Shown here: one piece after another, positions 14,799 to 27,840 of the stretch
How positions within the stretch are numbered: the first letter of the stretch is position 1
How the letters are laid out: each line of letters begins with the position of its first letter
Origin: Octopus sinensis
Lineage: Eukaryota
Length of the DNA: 64,000 nt
Assembly: GCF_006345805.1 (NCBI RefSeq)
Contig: NC_042997.1
Coordinates: 163,618,001-163,682,000, forward strand
Direction of reading: 5' to 3'
Position numbers and translations under genes: made by a program
Notes under the pieces: model-generated
What the model saw: only the letters and a program-made list of their open reading frames with translations
What the model was told of the DNA's origin: nothing
Database searches by the model: none

Positions 14799-16184
14799 CC
14801 ATTCATATGTTTATTTTTGTAAGATTTTTGATGTTAAACTTACAGATTACAGAAGTTTGTAATGTTAAGCATAAAATTCTATCCCCACCACCTCACTGCA
14901 CATCATTATACATACATCTACAAAATTGTATTCTTATTTATGTTTTCCAAGGGAATTCTATAATTTAAGAAATGTCACTTGTTTGTCAAACTAAAATTAT
15001 ATTTTTGCTCTATTGGTTTATGTAAATGTCTATTAATACTGAAATTGCAGTTGTAAGATCTGTTGTTTGCATAACAAACTATAACAAATTATGCATAAAC
15101 AAAATATATCTCCTAAACTTCCTATCTCATGGCTTAATTGATAATTGTTTATTTTTCAGAATAGCTTATATGTTAGTATGACATATTTTAGTGCTATTAC
15201 ACTGTCTTCACTGTAAACATATTAAGTTTCTCTTCCTGGCAATGTTATTAGATATGTGGGTTTGTTTCTTCACAAAGAAAACATATACATATATATAACA
15301 TCAATGGTTACTTTAATTAGTATAATTAACAATTGGTTGTTGTTTAGTCTCCAGCCAATCCTAAATTAAGTATAGCTATGATCAAAAGCATCTTAAATGT
15401 AACTACGACCACTCCTTGTTTTTAGTATATATAGGGCTATACTAACATCTCCTTTCTTTTTTAAGACAATGGGGCATGATTTGAAGGTGATTTGATTGTT
15501 ACTTCTATCAGGTTGAGTGATCATATAGTGACACTTGTTGGCTTGTATGAAGTTAATATATTTAAGGGGCTGTTGAAATATTTAGTGTTTTTGGTACTTG
15601 TAGAAGACAACTGAATTCCAAAGAGACAGAACTCTGAATAGGCATGTCTTTTTTTATGGAATACATTTTAAACTATGGTAGAGGTGTCAAAAGGTTGAAA
15701 GATGAATCTAATAAGCATATATATAAGAGATGAGGAATTATGTACATTATATACATTATTTACATTTGACGAATATTTGTCCTCATCTTGTTTGTTGTTA
15801 ACACAACGTTTCGCAAAGCTGTGAGACGAGGAGATATTGATAAATTGGGTATAGCTGATCATGTATGGAAAAATGGATACCACCTCCCCCTGTGGGATGA
15901 AGTTAAAATAATAGACAGAGAACACCACTGGAAAATACAAAAACTAAAAGAAGCAGCACCTATGCTAGGACAATAACAACCTCCTAAGCAGACCAAGTGC
16001 AGATATGAGCAGCATATGGGAACCGATATTAAAGAAGGATAGAAAAATATTAGATTTATAAGCCCTAAAATTCACTCCATAATTGCCCACGGGCATATGG
16101 TGTAGTGGTTAAAAGTGTGGGCTACTAACCCCAAGATTCTGAGTTCAGTGACCTGAACACTAATAATAATAATAATAATACTAA

Positions 16185-16397
16185 TCTTTTCTACTCTAGG
16201 CACAAGGCCTGAAATTTTGTGTGAGGGGGCTAGTCGATTAGATCGACCCCAGTATGCAACTGGTACTTATTTAATTGACCCCGAAAGGATGAAAGGCAAA
16301 GTTGACCTCGGCAGAATTTGAACTCAGAACGTAACGTTAGACGAAATATGGCTACACAAAACGCCTGTTGTGCTAACGTTTCTGCCAGCTCACCTTA
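16185..16397 (-). mobile_element. SINE family B copy nested in the PLE 3' module
   Basis: Inserted between (AAT)n and ccttaggaatgagaaccc, which are near-contiguous in the other PLE arms. Confidence 0.85.
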
Positions 16398-16427
16398 GGA
16401 ATGAGAACCCATTCAAAATTTCCCCAA

Positions 16428-16473
16428 GATACCTGAAGAAGGCTGGAGGGTATATCAGCCAAAACGTTGTGTT
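16428..16473 (+). ncRNA. Hammerhead ribozyme copy, probably inactive (G12 to A)
   Basis: GAUAC-CUGAAGA-A-GGCUG-gaggguauau-CAGCC-AAAA-C-GUU-GUGUU. Confidence 0.6.
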
Positions 16474-17620
16474 AACAACAAACAAGATGAGGACAAATAT
16501 CTATTGAATGTAAATAGAGTAAAAATTCAAAAGTGGAAGAGGCTATTGTTAGTTTGTGTCTGAAAGAGAACAAAGCTTATTTAAGTTGAGCAAAAGACTC
16601 AATTTCCATATGTTGAATAATGAATTCACTGTCAATAAATACAAACTTACAAAAATAAAATGACTTCCAACTATATAGGTTTTTTTTTAATGAATTGCAT
16701 ATATAAAAAATATATATGATATATTATATCTTATTTCAGTAGAGTTCAGTAAATTCTTTCATTATATTATTTAGTTATCACATTTAATAAAGAATTAAAA
16801 GTGAATCAGTGCAAAAATTGAACTGATATAGAGGTGTGCTATATAAAACAAAAAAAAAAAACAAAACAAAGAAAAACGTGTATTTGTGTGGTTACAGAGA
16901 ATGCTCATACAACAGGAAAAATCTAAAGGCTGCTTGGTGAGGACTTCTGATTTACATAAAGTTAGTCAGTGATTAGAAGTTTTCTATTTAGGCTTGTCTT
17001 TTTTTTTTTTTAAATACAGTCAAATGACTGAAATAAACCTGTTATTTCTTATGTACAGGAATAGTATTTCATTATTCTCTATGTAACATTCTTTTAATTT
17101 TCATTTACTGGTTTCAGTCACTTCACTCTGGTCATATTGGGAAACCACCTTCTATAGTATAGTTCTTTACAGTGACCTCAGAATACTTATTGACTTCAAA
17201 GGGATGACAAATAAAGTGGATCTGGGCAGAGTTTGAATTCAGAACACAAAGTGTGTGACTTAATACAAGATATTTTGTCCTAAGCTCTACTGATTCAGCC
17301 ATCTACATAGAATTTATATAATAATTAATTGTAGGTTCTTAGAATGTAATTTATCTAATAATAGAGCAACACCTTTGCAAAAAACATAATAGAATATAAT
17401 GAGCAATAGTAATAGTACCTTGTTATATAGCCAGCAATCAATATGGTTTATATGTAGGATCTTAAGCAGCTTCTGTTGATGTAAAGATATCAGAAATTTG
17501 AAATCATTTGTTTGCGATTTTTGCGAACATATAATTTGAATGTATAGATTTTTTCTGAAGTCTTTCAAATTCAACATAAATGATAATTATAATTTTCTGA
17601 TTTATACTTTTTTTTTCCAG

Positions 17621-18075
17621 AAATAACCATTCACCTGAAAATGGAGGAAAAGAACCAACAGTCACTGGCGAACATCAGGAAGAGGTTTCTCAAATAGAGA
17701 ACTATAAAATATCAAAAGAAAGCCAAGATGAAGACATAGAAAGCTCCTCTGTTAGAGCAACATCTTCATCTGAAGGGACACTCAGAGCAAGTTCTCCCCG
17801 TCATATTCATTCTGATTTCTCTAGTGATACTGATAAACCACAAGAGTTTTATTCATATCAGAAAACTTTAGCTAATAAAGCCAACTCACAATTGGAGAGA
17901 AGACGATTTCGGACTCGAGATAAAGATACACCTAGAAGATCTTCCTTGCAAGACAGTGTGTCTGACATTTCAGAGGATACTAGTTCTTCTGCTCAAACCT
18001 ATACTGATGGTAGACGTGTTCTTCGAAAAAGAGATAAAAGTTCTTCTCGAAAATCATATCTGAACATCTCTGAAG
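17621..18075 (+). CDS. SVIL: Supervillin-like gene, internal coding exon (Ser/Glu/Arg-rich, low complexity); phase 2 in, phase 1 out
   Basis: Polypyrimidine tract ending ttttttccag, then 455 nt open in one frame (NNHSPENGGKEP...RKSYLNISE), ending GAAG|gtaagt. It is assigned to this gene by strand and phase continuity only; it has no diagnostic motif of its own. Confidence 0.75.
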
Positions 18076-21000
18076 GTAAGTTTTAAAATTTTTTTTCTTT
18101 TTCTTTATCAATATGATTTGATTATTTAGCTAAAGTTCTGTGTCTTACAGGGATTGAATCCCCTAAAGTGTCTTTTACTTATTTACCATTAGATATTTTT
18201 GATGCAGGAAATGATGAAATAAATAGATATTATGGAAAAGTAATTATAATAATTACTCAGGTAAATAAATAAATCTATTACAGTTCATGTAACAGGTTAA
18301 TTTCAATTAACAGGAAATAGTGAGGGTTCTTATGTGCTGTTTTATGATATTTGGATGGATAAAAATTAGAGCCTACTTAATATTGTATTAACAGTAAAAG
18401 AGCAATGTCTTCTTATTACAACTTGTCAGTAGAGAATGATGGATAAACATGCAATTAAGTTCTCTTAGAAAAGTGTTTTAAACAAATTACAAGAAAATAA
18501 GTCTTCTGAGCAAAGGCTGTGCATGAGGAGTTGAAAAACATTTGGAAGTGTATTTTATCTTTTGTTTCAAAAAAGAAATTTAACAGAAATTCTGTTCAGT
18601 GCTGGATATTTTTAATGTCCCAGTAATGCAATCAATCAATGTCCCTTGTCACTACCTTTCAGATCAATACCTAGTACAAGTATTTTGTCAACAGATGTGC
18701 CTCTGTTATTACAATTTAGAACAACCTGTGACTTAGTGCAGTTGATAAATCACATTGTTGTTAATTTGTTTGAGTGGTTTTTGACTTCAATGTTGTTGAG
18801 TCTTGGTAGTTTGTTTATGAAATGGTGTTGACTACAATGTTGTGGAGTTGGTTATAATGCTGTAGAATTATAGAGTTGGCTGCAACATCATAAGAGATGT
18901 TCACTAGTGACACTACTTTTAAGTGTCTCGCAGCAGACATAGCAGTAATGCATAGCAGACTAGCTATAGTGAACCAATAGCTTTTACCAAGCAATCCATA
19001 TTGGTCCAAGCAGAAAACTCTATGAATTTACACCTGACACATATGTGAATTCAACACTGTCACCCCATCTAATCAAAGCTCCAACTGGCAAAGCTGCAGT
19101 TGAGTTATCCCAAGAACTACCATGAATTTACCACACTCTATTTCCCAATGTATCAACAGGAATCAACAGAACTCTTCATTCTGTTAGTCTTAAATGTGAC
19201 TATACAAATTAGTCGGATCCGACAGGTCAAAAACTGCAACATGCTTTACTGTCTACTTTGTTATGGTTTCTACAGCTGGATGCCCTTCCTAATGCCAACC
19301 ACCTTATAGTGTGTGCTGGAGGGGTTTTTTTTGTGCTATTGCCACTGGTGAGGTCACTGTGCAGTTTGCAGGACTATGAACCCAGGGAGAGTGATTTTAT
19401 AGTAGGAGGTGAGGGGATATGTCTTCATAGAAGGGGCCTGAGTAGAAAAGGTTTCTTGCTGTAGAGGAGCCCTCATGATTACTCACATTTTAAAAGATAG
19501 AGAGGAGTGGAACAGGGAAGAAACTCCAGGCAAACTTAGTTTTGGTGCCCTTACAATGGTTATTTTTAAAATATGTTCAGAAGGAAGAAAAATACCCCAG
19601 CAAATGTAGGAATCAATTGTTTATTACAGTTGATTAAACACTAAAATAAAGTTTATTGTTTTCATGTTTGTCCCTCTGTATGAGTAATGCAAACACAACT
19701 TGATGCTCTCAAACATTATCATGTGTGACTGCTTGATTTATTGGTACCTTCAGTGGTATTTTTCACACACACACACACACACACACTGTGTGTATGTGTG
19801 TGTGTGTCTGTCTGTCTGTCACTCTCTCTCTCACTCAGTTGTTCGCCATTCATTATATTTACCTTTATTCCCATCTCTTATGAACTTATCCACTCACCCT
19901 TTCCAATCTTCTATCCATAATCTCTCTTACACTCACCTTCTTGTACCTTGAGAGTACACTCTGACCTAGTCACCATTATCTTCATCTCTCTTTCCTGCTA
20001 CTCCCACGCACTCTTATATAATATGGTGTAGTTATGTATCTCCTCTATAGGATGACACCTATTCCTATCTCTCTATCGTACTAAGCATAAAGCCACTTCT
20101 ATCACATTAGGCATAAAATCACCTTCCTCTCTACTACACCCACACTTAGTTGAGGAGGCTTCTTTGTCTTGTGAGTTACTTGTCAACCTTACTAGCATTG
20201 GTGCCTTGCAAAAAGCTCCCTGTACACTCTGTAAAGTAGTTGGTGTTAGGAAGGGCACCTGCCTGTAGAAAGTCTGGTAATGAAGACATAAGAGCTTGAT
20301 ACAGTACTCTGGCTTGTTGGATCTGTTGAACTGTCCCAGTCATGCCAGCATGGAAGACAGATGACGATAACAATGATGAGATATATATATGACAGAGAGC
20401 CTGTCAACATAAAAAGAATGGGCACATTTTCATCTCTGACATTCATTTCTTTGAGTTTTCTTTGTAACATTCTTCTTTCTGTGTGAATATAACTTTGTGA
20501 TATTTTCTTGATGTCCGATTGAAGTCTTCTGTCATATGTACTATCTATAGTAGTTGTAGCTCATTGTGTCTACATTGATTAATCAACTAGTAGAGAATGT
20601 AAATAAAGCCTTTGCTAAATATATTATACTACAGGTTTGTTTAGCATATATCGAATTTTCAAATTCTCCACTAGAAGATTGTTGCTGTTTATGCTAGTCT
20701 ACCAGGTCATTCCACTGCAATTTTCCTTGAAATAGCAACTTGAAAATTAAATATTCTGTCTGACATCACTGACTCAGTTAATTAGAATACGTTACTTTTA
20801 CTCTCATATAATTTTAGATTTTTTTTTATCAGTATCTGCATCCCTTTATAAAGTTTATATTTTTGCATTATATTAAAGTCAATAGCTAACATAATGGACA
20901 TTATCTTTGAAATAGGTCTACACGAAACATTTGGTGAATCTACGATTCATATGAATATACCTGTTTATTTTCTTATTTGGAACTAAAACCTGTTTTTCTT

Positions 21001-24000
21001 GTTAGTGAATAGAACTAAAATGTTTCTGAGTTGTTGTTCAGAGGGTAGTAAACACTACAATGCTTTTATTCATTTCTCAAAATACACATTTTTCTTCTTT
21101 ATTTTGTGATCAAACTGGGTGCTATTGGATATATTCAAGTGTAAAAAATGAATGTATTTAAAGATTATTATATTTCTTTTAGCTAATAACTAGTTGTAAC
21201 TAAAATTACATAAAGATAGCAACTAAATATACTTGACTGTTTCCTTTGTCAGTATATTTCCATTCAATTGGCTGAGTTAAGACCTGTGTGCTTCCTTTAT
21301 TTGGGCTGTCTGATAATATAACAAACAGCTGGCTCTGCCTGCCTAATGCTTTGTTTCCCTACTCCCTGAAAATCTTATAAGTTGGTCAGCAAACAAAAAC
21401 AAAAAAGAGCAGTCTAGTATTGATATTAAAAAGCAGACAACTATGTGAATGTGAGTGTTTACATTTATTACTATTAATTACCATTGGATTTAGGCTTAAC
21501 TTTATAAAAGCGGAAGAGCATGGATGTTGCGTCGCACTTAAAGTGTTATGGTAACATGTTTTTTTTCTATTGATTGTTCTGCTACTTATATATTTTTTGA
21601 AGAAGCTAAAGCTACGTAAGCTACACGCACATATGCAGAAGTGTACAGTAAGTTACAACTGTCAGTGAGTTGTCAAGAGTTATATGTTATCAAGAATATT
21701 ATTATTTACAAACAGGATTTAAACAAATGCATTATCACGGTGCAGAGATGTGACAATTGTAGGTTGAGCTGTTGTCTTTATGATTATATGTATACATATT
21801 TGTTAAACAAGAATATTACTGACAGTGACTTCGAAGTTTCAACCAGCTAATCCATCGTCCGATGATAGCTGAAACCTCGAAAAGAAACCAAATATTTTAT
21901 TTAGTTATTTATTGATGTATGTATGTTCAGTAATAAATTGATATCATATAGTCGAGTTCATGAATAAAAATGACATTGATTAATTTATTATCAAAAGTAT
22001 ATCTCTAGAAATAAAATCAAATATTTTAGATGTTATGTGCTATCCTTTATTCTTATGTGGTGTTCACTTCTTCAATCAGTAATGAAAGTAAAACTTTATT
22101 TTATAGTATTCATTCATTTCTTAGTTATCAAGTGTCCTTTGAATTATTTTAACTATGTGTTGGAAAATATTAGTATAATTTAATATTATCAAAAATCAAA
22201 ATAACATTAATGAGAGTATACATTTGTGAACACATACATGCAAATAAGCATGTGCGTGCTTGAGATTTTTTTCTCATGTTATTTTACTTGTGGTAGAGGG
22301 TCACTCCCTCCTAAGACATAGTTGATTATATTAACACCACTGCTTAGTTAATCAACCTTGGTAAAATGAAAAGTTAAATTGGGGCTGATGTGTTTAGAGC
22401 TCATACAAAAGTATATAACTAACTCCTTACAAGATATTTGTCTAATGTTATTTGGATTTTGAAATCTATCCGCCCCCTCTCTTCCTCGCACTGTCTTTCA
22501 TATAAACACATGCAAACACACACTATCCAGGATGGTAACTAAATACTTAAATTCATACCATCTATCTAATGGTACATTTTCCATTAAATGAGTGTAGCAT
22601 GCATTGTAAATTGTTGTTATGGATAGCATGCTAGTCTATCAGACAAAATGACTATGCTAGTAATTTAGTACCTATTCCCAACAGTTAGCTAAACTAATAT
22701 TTGTGTAATTATGTTTGTTTCTCAAATAGACATCAAAACATAAACAAATTTGGAGTGGTTTTGTGTTGCTAGTCAAATATTTTAATCACTCGAACAATTT
22801 CTTTCTCTCATCTCTTTCTCCATTTCCTCTCTTTACTCCTCTTCAAATGCGTATGTTTATCTGGGAAATTAAGCTTGTTTCTAAATGAATTTGCCAGATG
22901 GAAACTGTGTGGAAGCCTTAACTTTGTGTATATATATATATGTGTGTATGTATGTTTATGTACCTATGTATTTGTGAGTGTGTTTGTGGATGCTGATGTA
23001 ATTTGGTGAATCAATTGTGTTGTGTTCCTTCCTGCTCAAAAAGTTAAATTATAAAAATGAGACTGAAACGAAAGCTCTGAAAATCAGTGCTTCAGCATAG
23101 CTAAATTGCCATAAATACAACCAGCAAAAGTGTAGACTATTATGTCATTGTCATAATGCTTGTGAAGCAGCATTTTTGGAGATTAGCTTAGTTCTGCTGT
23201 TTCCTGATTCTTCTGCTGAATTGTGTTAAGCACAGTCACAGATGCACCACATATCTTGTTATTGTGTGACATTATTACATCATTGTTTTCAAAGTTAATA
23301 ATATTTCAGAGCGATGCTCCTCACATTTTCAAAGGGAGGGAAATATAAGTTGTGGTTTTTTTTTTTTTATGCTTTTATTTCCAACCTTGAATTGAAAGCA
23401 GGCCACAGGTTCAGTCACTGGCATCTTACCTTGCACTATGACCCTTACCTTTTAATTAGAGAGCAGTTGCATTAATATCCAGTTATGATGTGGCTGCTTT
23501 TATCTTCTTGTAGACATGCTCGCTATTGCTTAGAATTCTTCTTTTGTCACCTTTATAATGGTCTGAGAATACTGTGTCATTTTAATTTTGTAGATGTGAT
23601 CACATTTATTCATGAACATTAAGTATATCTAATACTATACCAACACATACATAAATTTATATTTATATTCATGAAAAATGCTGTGTTGTGCTTCTTATAA
23701 TATAATTATGTGTGTGTATGTGTGTGTGTGTGTATGTGTGTGTGTATGTGTGTTCAGTCTGACCCATGCACAGCATGGAAACGTGAATGTTATGATGTTG
23801 ATCACACACACACACGTGCACACACAAACATATATATGTATTTGCATATAAATGTAGCCTTTCTGCTATAGGCACAAGGCCAGAAATTTTAAGGGAGGCG
23901 GATAGTTGATTACATTGACCCCAATGTTCAACCAGTACTTATTTTATTGACCCCAAAAGGATGAAAGGCAAAGTTGACCTCAGCAGAATTTGTCTGGCAT

Positions 24001-24078
24001 GCTAACGATTCTGCCAGCTCTGTGCCTTATGTGCACATATATATGTATACCTGTATCTACATATGCATTTATATATGT

Positions 24079-24411
24079 GAAGGCGCATGGCTCAGTGGTT
24101 AAAGTGTTGAGTTTACGATCATGAGGTTGTGAGTTCGAATCCCGGACCGGGCTGCGTGTTGTGTTCTTGAACAAGACACTTTATTTCACATTGCTCCTGT
24201 CAACTGAGCTGTAGAGATGAGTTGCGACGTCACAGGTACCAAGCTCTATTGGCCGTTGCCTTTCCTTTGAATAACACTGGTGGCGTGGAGAGGGGAGGCT
24301 GGTATGCATGGGCGACTGCCGGTCTTCCATAAACAACCTTGCTCGGACTTGTGTTTGGGAGGGTAACTTTCTAGGTGCAATCCCACGGTCAGTCATGACC
24401 GAAGGGGGTCT

Positions 24412-24412
<1 letters not shown>
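24079..24412 (+). mobile_element. tRNA(Arg)-derived SINE family A (~330 bp)
   Basis: A box TGGCTCAGTGG, TTACGAT anticodon-like loop, B box GAGTTCGAATCC; two further copies in the window; followed by a (TA)n tract. Confidence 0.85.
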
Positions 24413-24448
<36 letters not shown>

Positions 24449-24792
24449 CACTTCAGCAGGATGCTTGTACCTTCCCCCTTTTACCTCTTTCTATACAATA
24501 CTCCACGCCACTTAGTTGAAGGGTCTTACCTTGCAAGTACTTGGTGACCTCACTAGTGCTGGTAATAGAAAAAATGCACCTAGTTCACTCTGTAAAGTAG
24601 TTGGCATTAAGAAAGCATCCAGTTGTAGAAACTATGCCAAAGCAAACATTGTAGCTGAGCATAGTCTTTTGGTTTGTTGGTTCTTGTTAAACCTTCCAAC
24701 CCATTCCATCATCAAAATCTGATGTTAAACAATGATGATTATGATGATGGTATCCACACATTCAAGTGTATATACATGCATGCGTATATATG

Positions 24793-24826
<34 letters not shown>

Positions 24827-26827
24827 ATGCATATACATATTTATGTGTTTTAAGCCATGCCAGCATGAAAGATACATATATGTGTGTGTGTGAATATATA
24901 TATATATATACTGATATTACTACTATTTCGGGCCCCCCCCCCCAAAAAAAAAAAAAACACCACCACATGACCAAACATTTTTCCATGGATGACTTGAAAC
25001 GAATCTATAATGGGAACACACATTTACCACTACTTTGCAATGTGAAAACAAGGACACACACACGCTTAAAATGGGCTTCTTTCAGTTTCTGTCCACCAAA
25101 TCCCCTCACAGAACTTTGGTTGACCTGAGGCTTTAGCAGCAGATACTTGCCCTAGATACCATGCAGTGAGATTGAACCTAAAGCAAACTTCTGATCCACA
25201 CAGCTATGTCTGTGCACCTAATACATAAAAATCATCATCATTTTGCATCTCTTTTTTCATGCTTGTATAGGTTGGATAAATCTCACTGCATCTCACTTCT
25301 TGTTATTGTTTTCCCTAATCTGGCACATACATACTTCAAGAAAGAATATCACTAATCTTTGTTCTTCGTATTTCAGTTTTTTGCTTGTCTTGAGCTGGCT
25401 TTTATGAATAGATACCCCATCTTATCACCACTTAACACTCAGGTCTTAATGTATTTTATCTTGCCACCGAAAATAGAGTTGTGGTCTGCAGCAGTTTTTC
25501 TTTATTCAGTGTTACTGCACTGTTAGATGGGTTGCGTATCTTGTGACTTGCATAGTCCTATTCTCCTCTGTTGGTTTGTTTTCATTTTTTCTTGGCATGT
25601 TTTTACTGCTGGATGTCCTTCATATTGCCAATCACTTAATAGTGTGCACTGTATAAATTTCTCCCTACTTTGTACCACTGATCTATACTATCTGTAAACT
25701 ACTTAATTATTTGAATTTTTTGTTGTTAAGCTTTCAAACTATCCCACTACTACCGCTGTTAGAAAAAATCTATTATAGTCTTCCACAGTTATGGAAAAAA
25801 AAGAAGGCACAGTTAAAAGTTAAAAAAAAAAATTAAGTTTTCAAACTTAGAGACCTTCAGAAAGACAAATCTACTGTGATGATGAATATATTTTGAAATG
25901 TGTCTCAATGATTGGAAACTATCTTGTTAGAATCTTCATAATTATAAATATTCCATATGCAGGATGAGATACAGTTGAGCTAATGTTGTATATTGAATAA
26001 GTTTAGAGAGATGTAAAGACAGTAGGTAGCAGGTTAACTGGAAGTTTTTGCTGCTGATTTCCAGTTGAGAGAGTGGAACCAGACACAGTGCTACTTTTTA
26101 GAAAGTAGTTACAATATAAAGTATAGTTTGGACAGCAGAAATGGGCTAGAGACAGAGGAGGAGAAATTCATGATTCAGGGTTGAGTAAGATGTGTGGTTT
26201 GCATGTTAGTAGGAAATACAAGATTGATTAATGTTTGATCAACACAAGTCTATGGATATTGGTGTTGTGTTACAGCTCATAATTGGCTATTCTTTCTCTC
26301 TGTATTTTTACTGTATTTTTGTTTTTCATGTAAAATATTCTATTTATGATTATTATATTGTATACAATAAGTATGATATTAAGTTTTGCAACAGTGTTAC
26401 TGGAATTGATTTATAAGAAATGTTACATTAGAGAAGCATATGCCATGATCAAATACCAATTGTAAGCAGTAAGCATTGAATGTATTTCTGTCAGTTTTGA
26501 TGATGAAAATTTAGTTTTCTGATCAAATTACTTGCTTATCGTATTAACATGTTAGTTGCTGAGCATTCCACAAACATATGTACCTTTAATATAACCCTCA
26601 AGTGAAATCAGCATAACACAGTGTGTGAGAAGGCTGTACCTTTGAATTATAAGTCCAATCCACCTGATGGGCTTTTATATGCTTCTGTCTACTCAATTTC
26701 AATCACAAGGTATAGGTTGATCTGGCACTATAGAAAAGGGCATTTGCCTAAGATGCCATGCAAGGAGTGAAAACCAGGATCTCATGGTTGTGAAGTGAAC
26801 TCTCTAAACATTTAGCAATACCATAAA

Positions 26828-27060
26828 CACACACATGCATGCACACTCACACATGCACACATGCTCACACATGTATGCATGCTCACACATGCATGCATGC
26901 TCACACATGCACACACTCATACATACATGCATGCTCACACTTGTATGCATGCTCACAAATGCATGCATGCTCACACATGCATGCATGCTCACACATGCAA
27001 ACATGCTCACACATGCATTCATGCGCACATACACACACACATACACAGATATACACACAT
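26828..27060. repeat. Minisatellite built from (ATGC)n and ctcacac units
   Basis: Recurrent (atgc)1-3-atgctcacac units with about 10 TGCATG words. Confidence 0.9.
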
Positions 27061-27180
27061 GAATGCAAAGTTAATAGATTTTCATAGTTTCAGTGATGAA
27101 TATTTAGCTGTTTAATCTTTGCTCAACCAAACTCAATCTTCAGTGTGTATACCAACTGACTTCTTGCTTCTTTCCACTTC

Positions 27181-27234
<54 letters not shown>

Positions 27235-27778
27235 GGCGCGGGCATGGCTGTGTGGTTAGGGAGCTTGCTTCCTAGCTACATGGTTTCGGGTTCAGTCCCC
27301 CTGCGTGGCACTTTGGGTGGGTGTCTTCTACTATAGCCCCGAGCCAACCGAAGCTTTGTGATTGAATTTGGTAGGTGGAAGTTACTGCCGTGTGTGTATG
27401 TGTGTGTATAGCTGCTCAGTGCCTCTCCGAAAGAGAGAGAGAGAGGATATGTATGTATGTATATATATAGGAGTGGTGACTAAGAAGGACACCAACAACA
27501 ACAGCAAGAACAGAGATTTATTCAGGGTAGGCAGTCAGCATTAATAAAGTAAATTGTGAATAAATTAAATTATGTAAAAATATTTTGACAGCAGGAAACA
27601 TTTACTCTCTCTCTCTCTCACCCACACACACACATAGACTCACAGATACACACAGACACAGACACAGACATGTCTATAGGGATAAAAATAGTTAAGCAGG
27701 TTGTACCTATATATACTTTAAAATAACACACACACATATACACATTTTTGGATTTTTATTTTATAATTATACTCTCTC

Positions 27779-27840
<62 letters not shown>

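Larger units (their letters stand above)
15719..16516. mobile_element. Second locus of the same Penelope-like family: short inverted tail (15719-15813, minus) plus GIY-YIG C-terminus and 3' module (15811-16516, plus), interrupted by a SINE
   Basis: RKAVRRGDIDKLGIADHVWKNGYHLPLWDEVKIIDREHHWKIQKLKEA is nearly identical to the 52-54 kb copies, and the 3' tail is shared. Confidence 0.88.

Noticed and set aside
17641-17697. ATG near the start of the first called exon (MEEKNQQSLANIRKRFLK*)
   Set aside because: It is out of frame with the 455-nt open frame and stops after 18 codons; it is not the gene start.
18830-19255. Higher-GC stretch that might be a LINE fragment or an exon
   Set aside because: No convincing splice sites or motif could be read; left unannotated pending a Dfam or tBLASTx search.
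21503-21510. TATAAAAG as the TATA box for the candidate first exon
   Set aside because: Only 17 nt upstream of the ATG, too close for a TSS 25-30 nt downstream; such words are common in AT-rich DNA.
24079-24155. Apparent tRNA genes (also 11920-11995, 57259-57335, 53836-53909)
   Set aside because: Acceptor stems are disrupted and each continues into a repeated SINE or PLE body, so they are called tRNA-derived heads rather than functional tRNAs.
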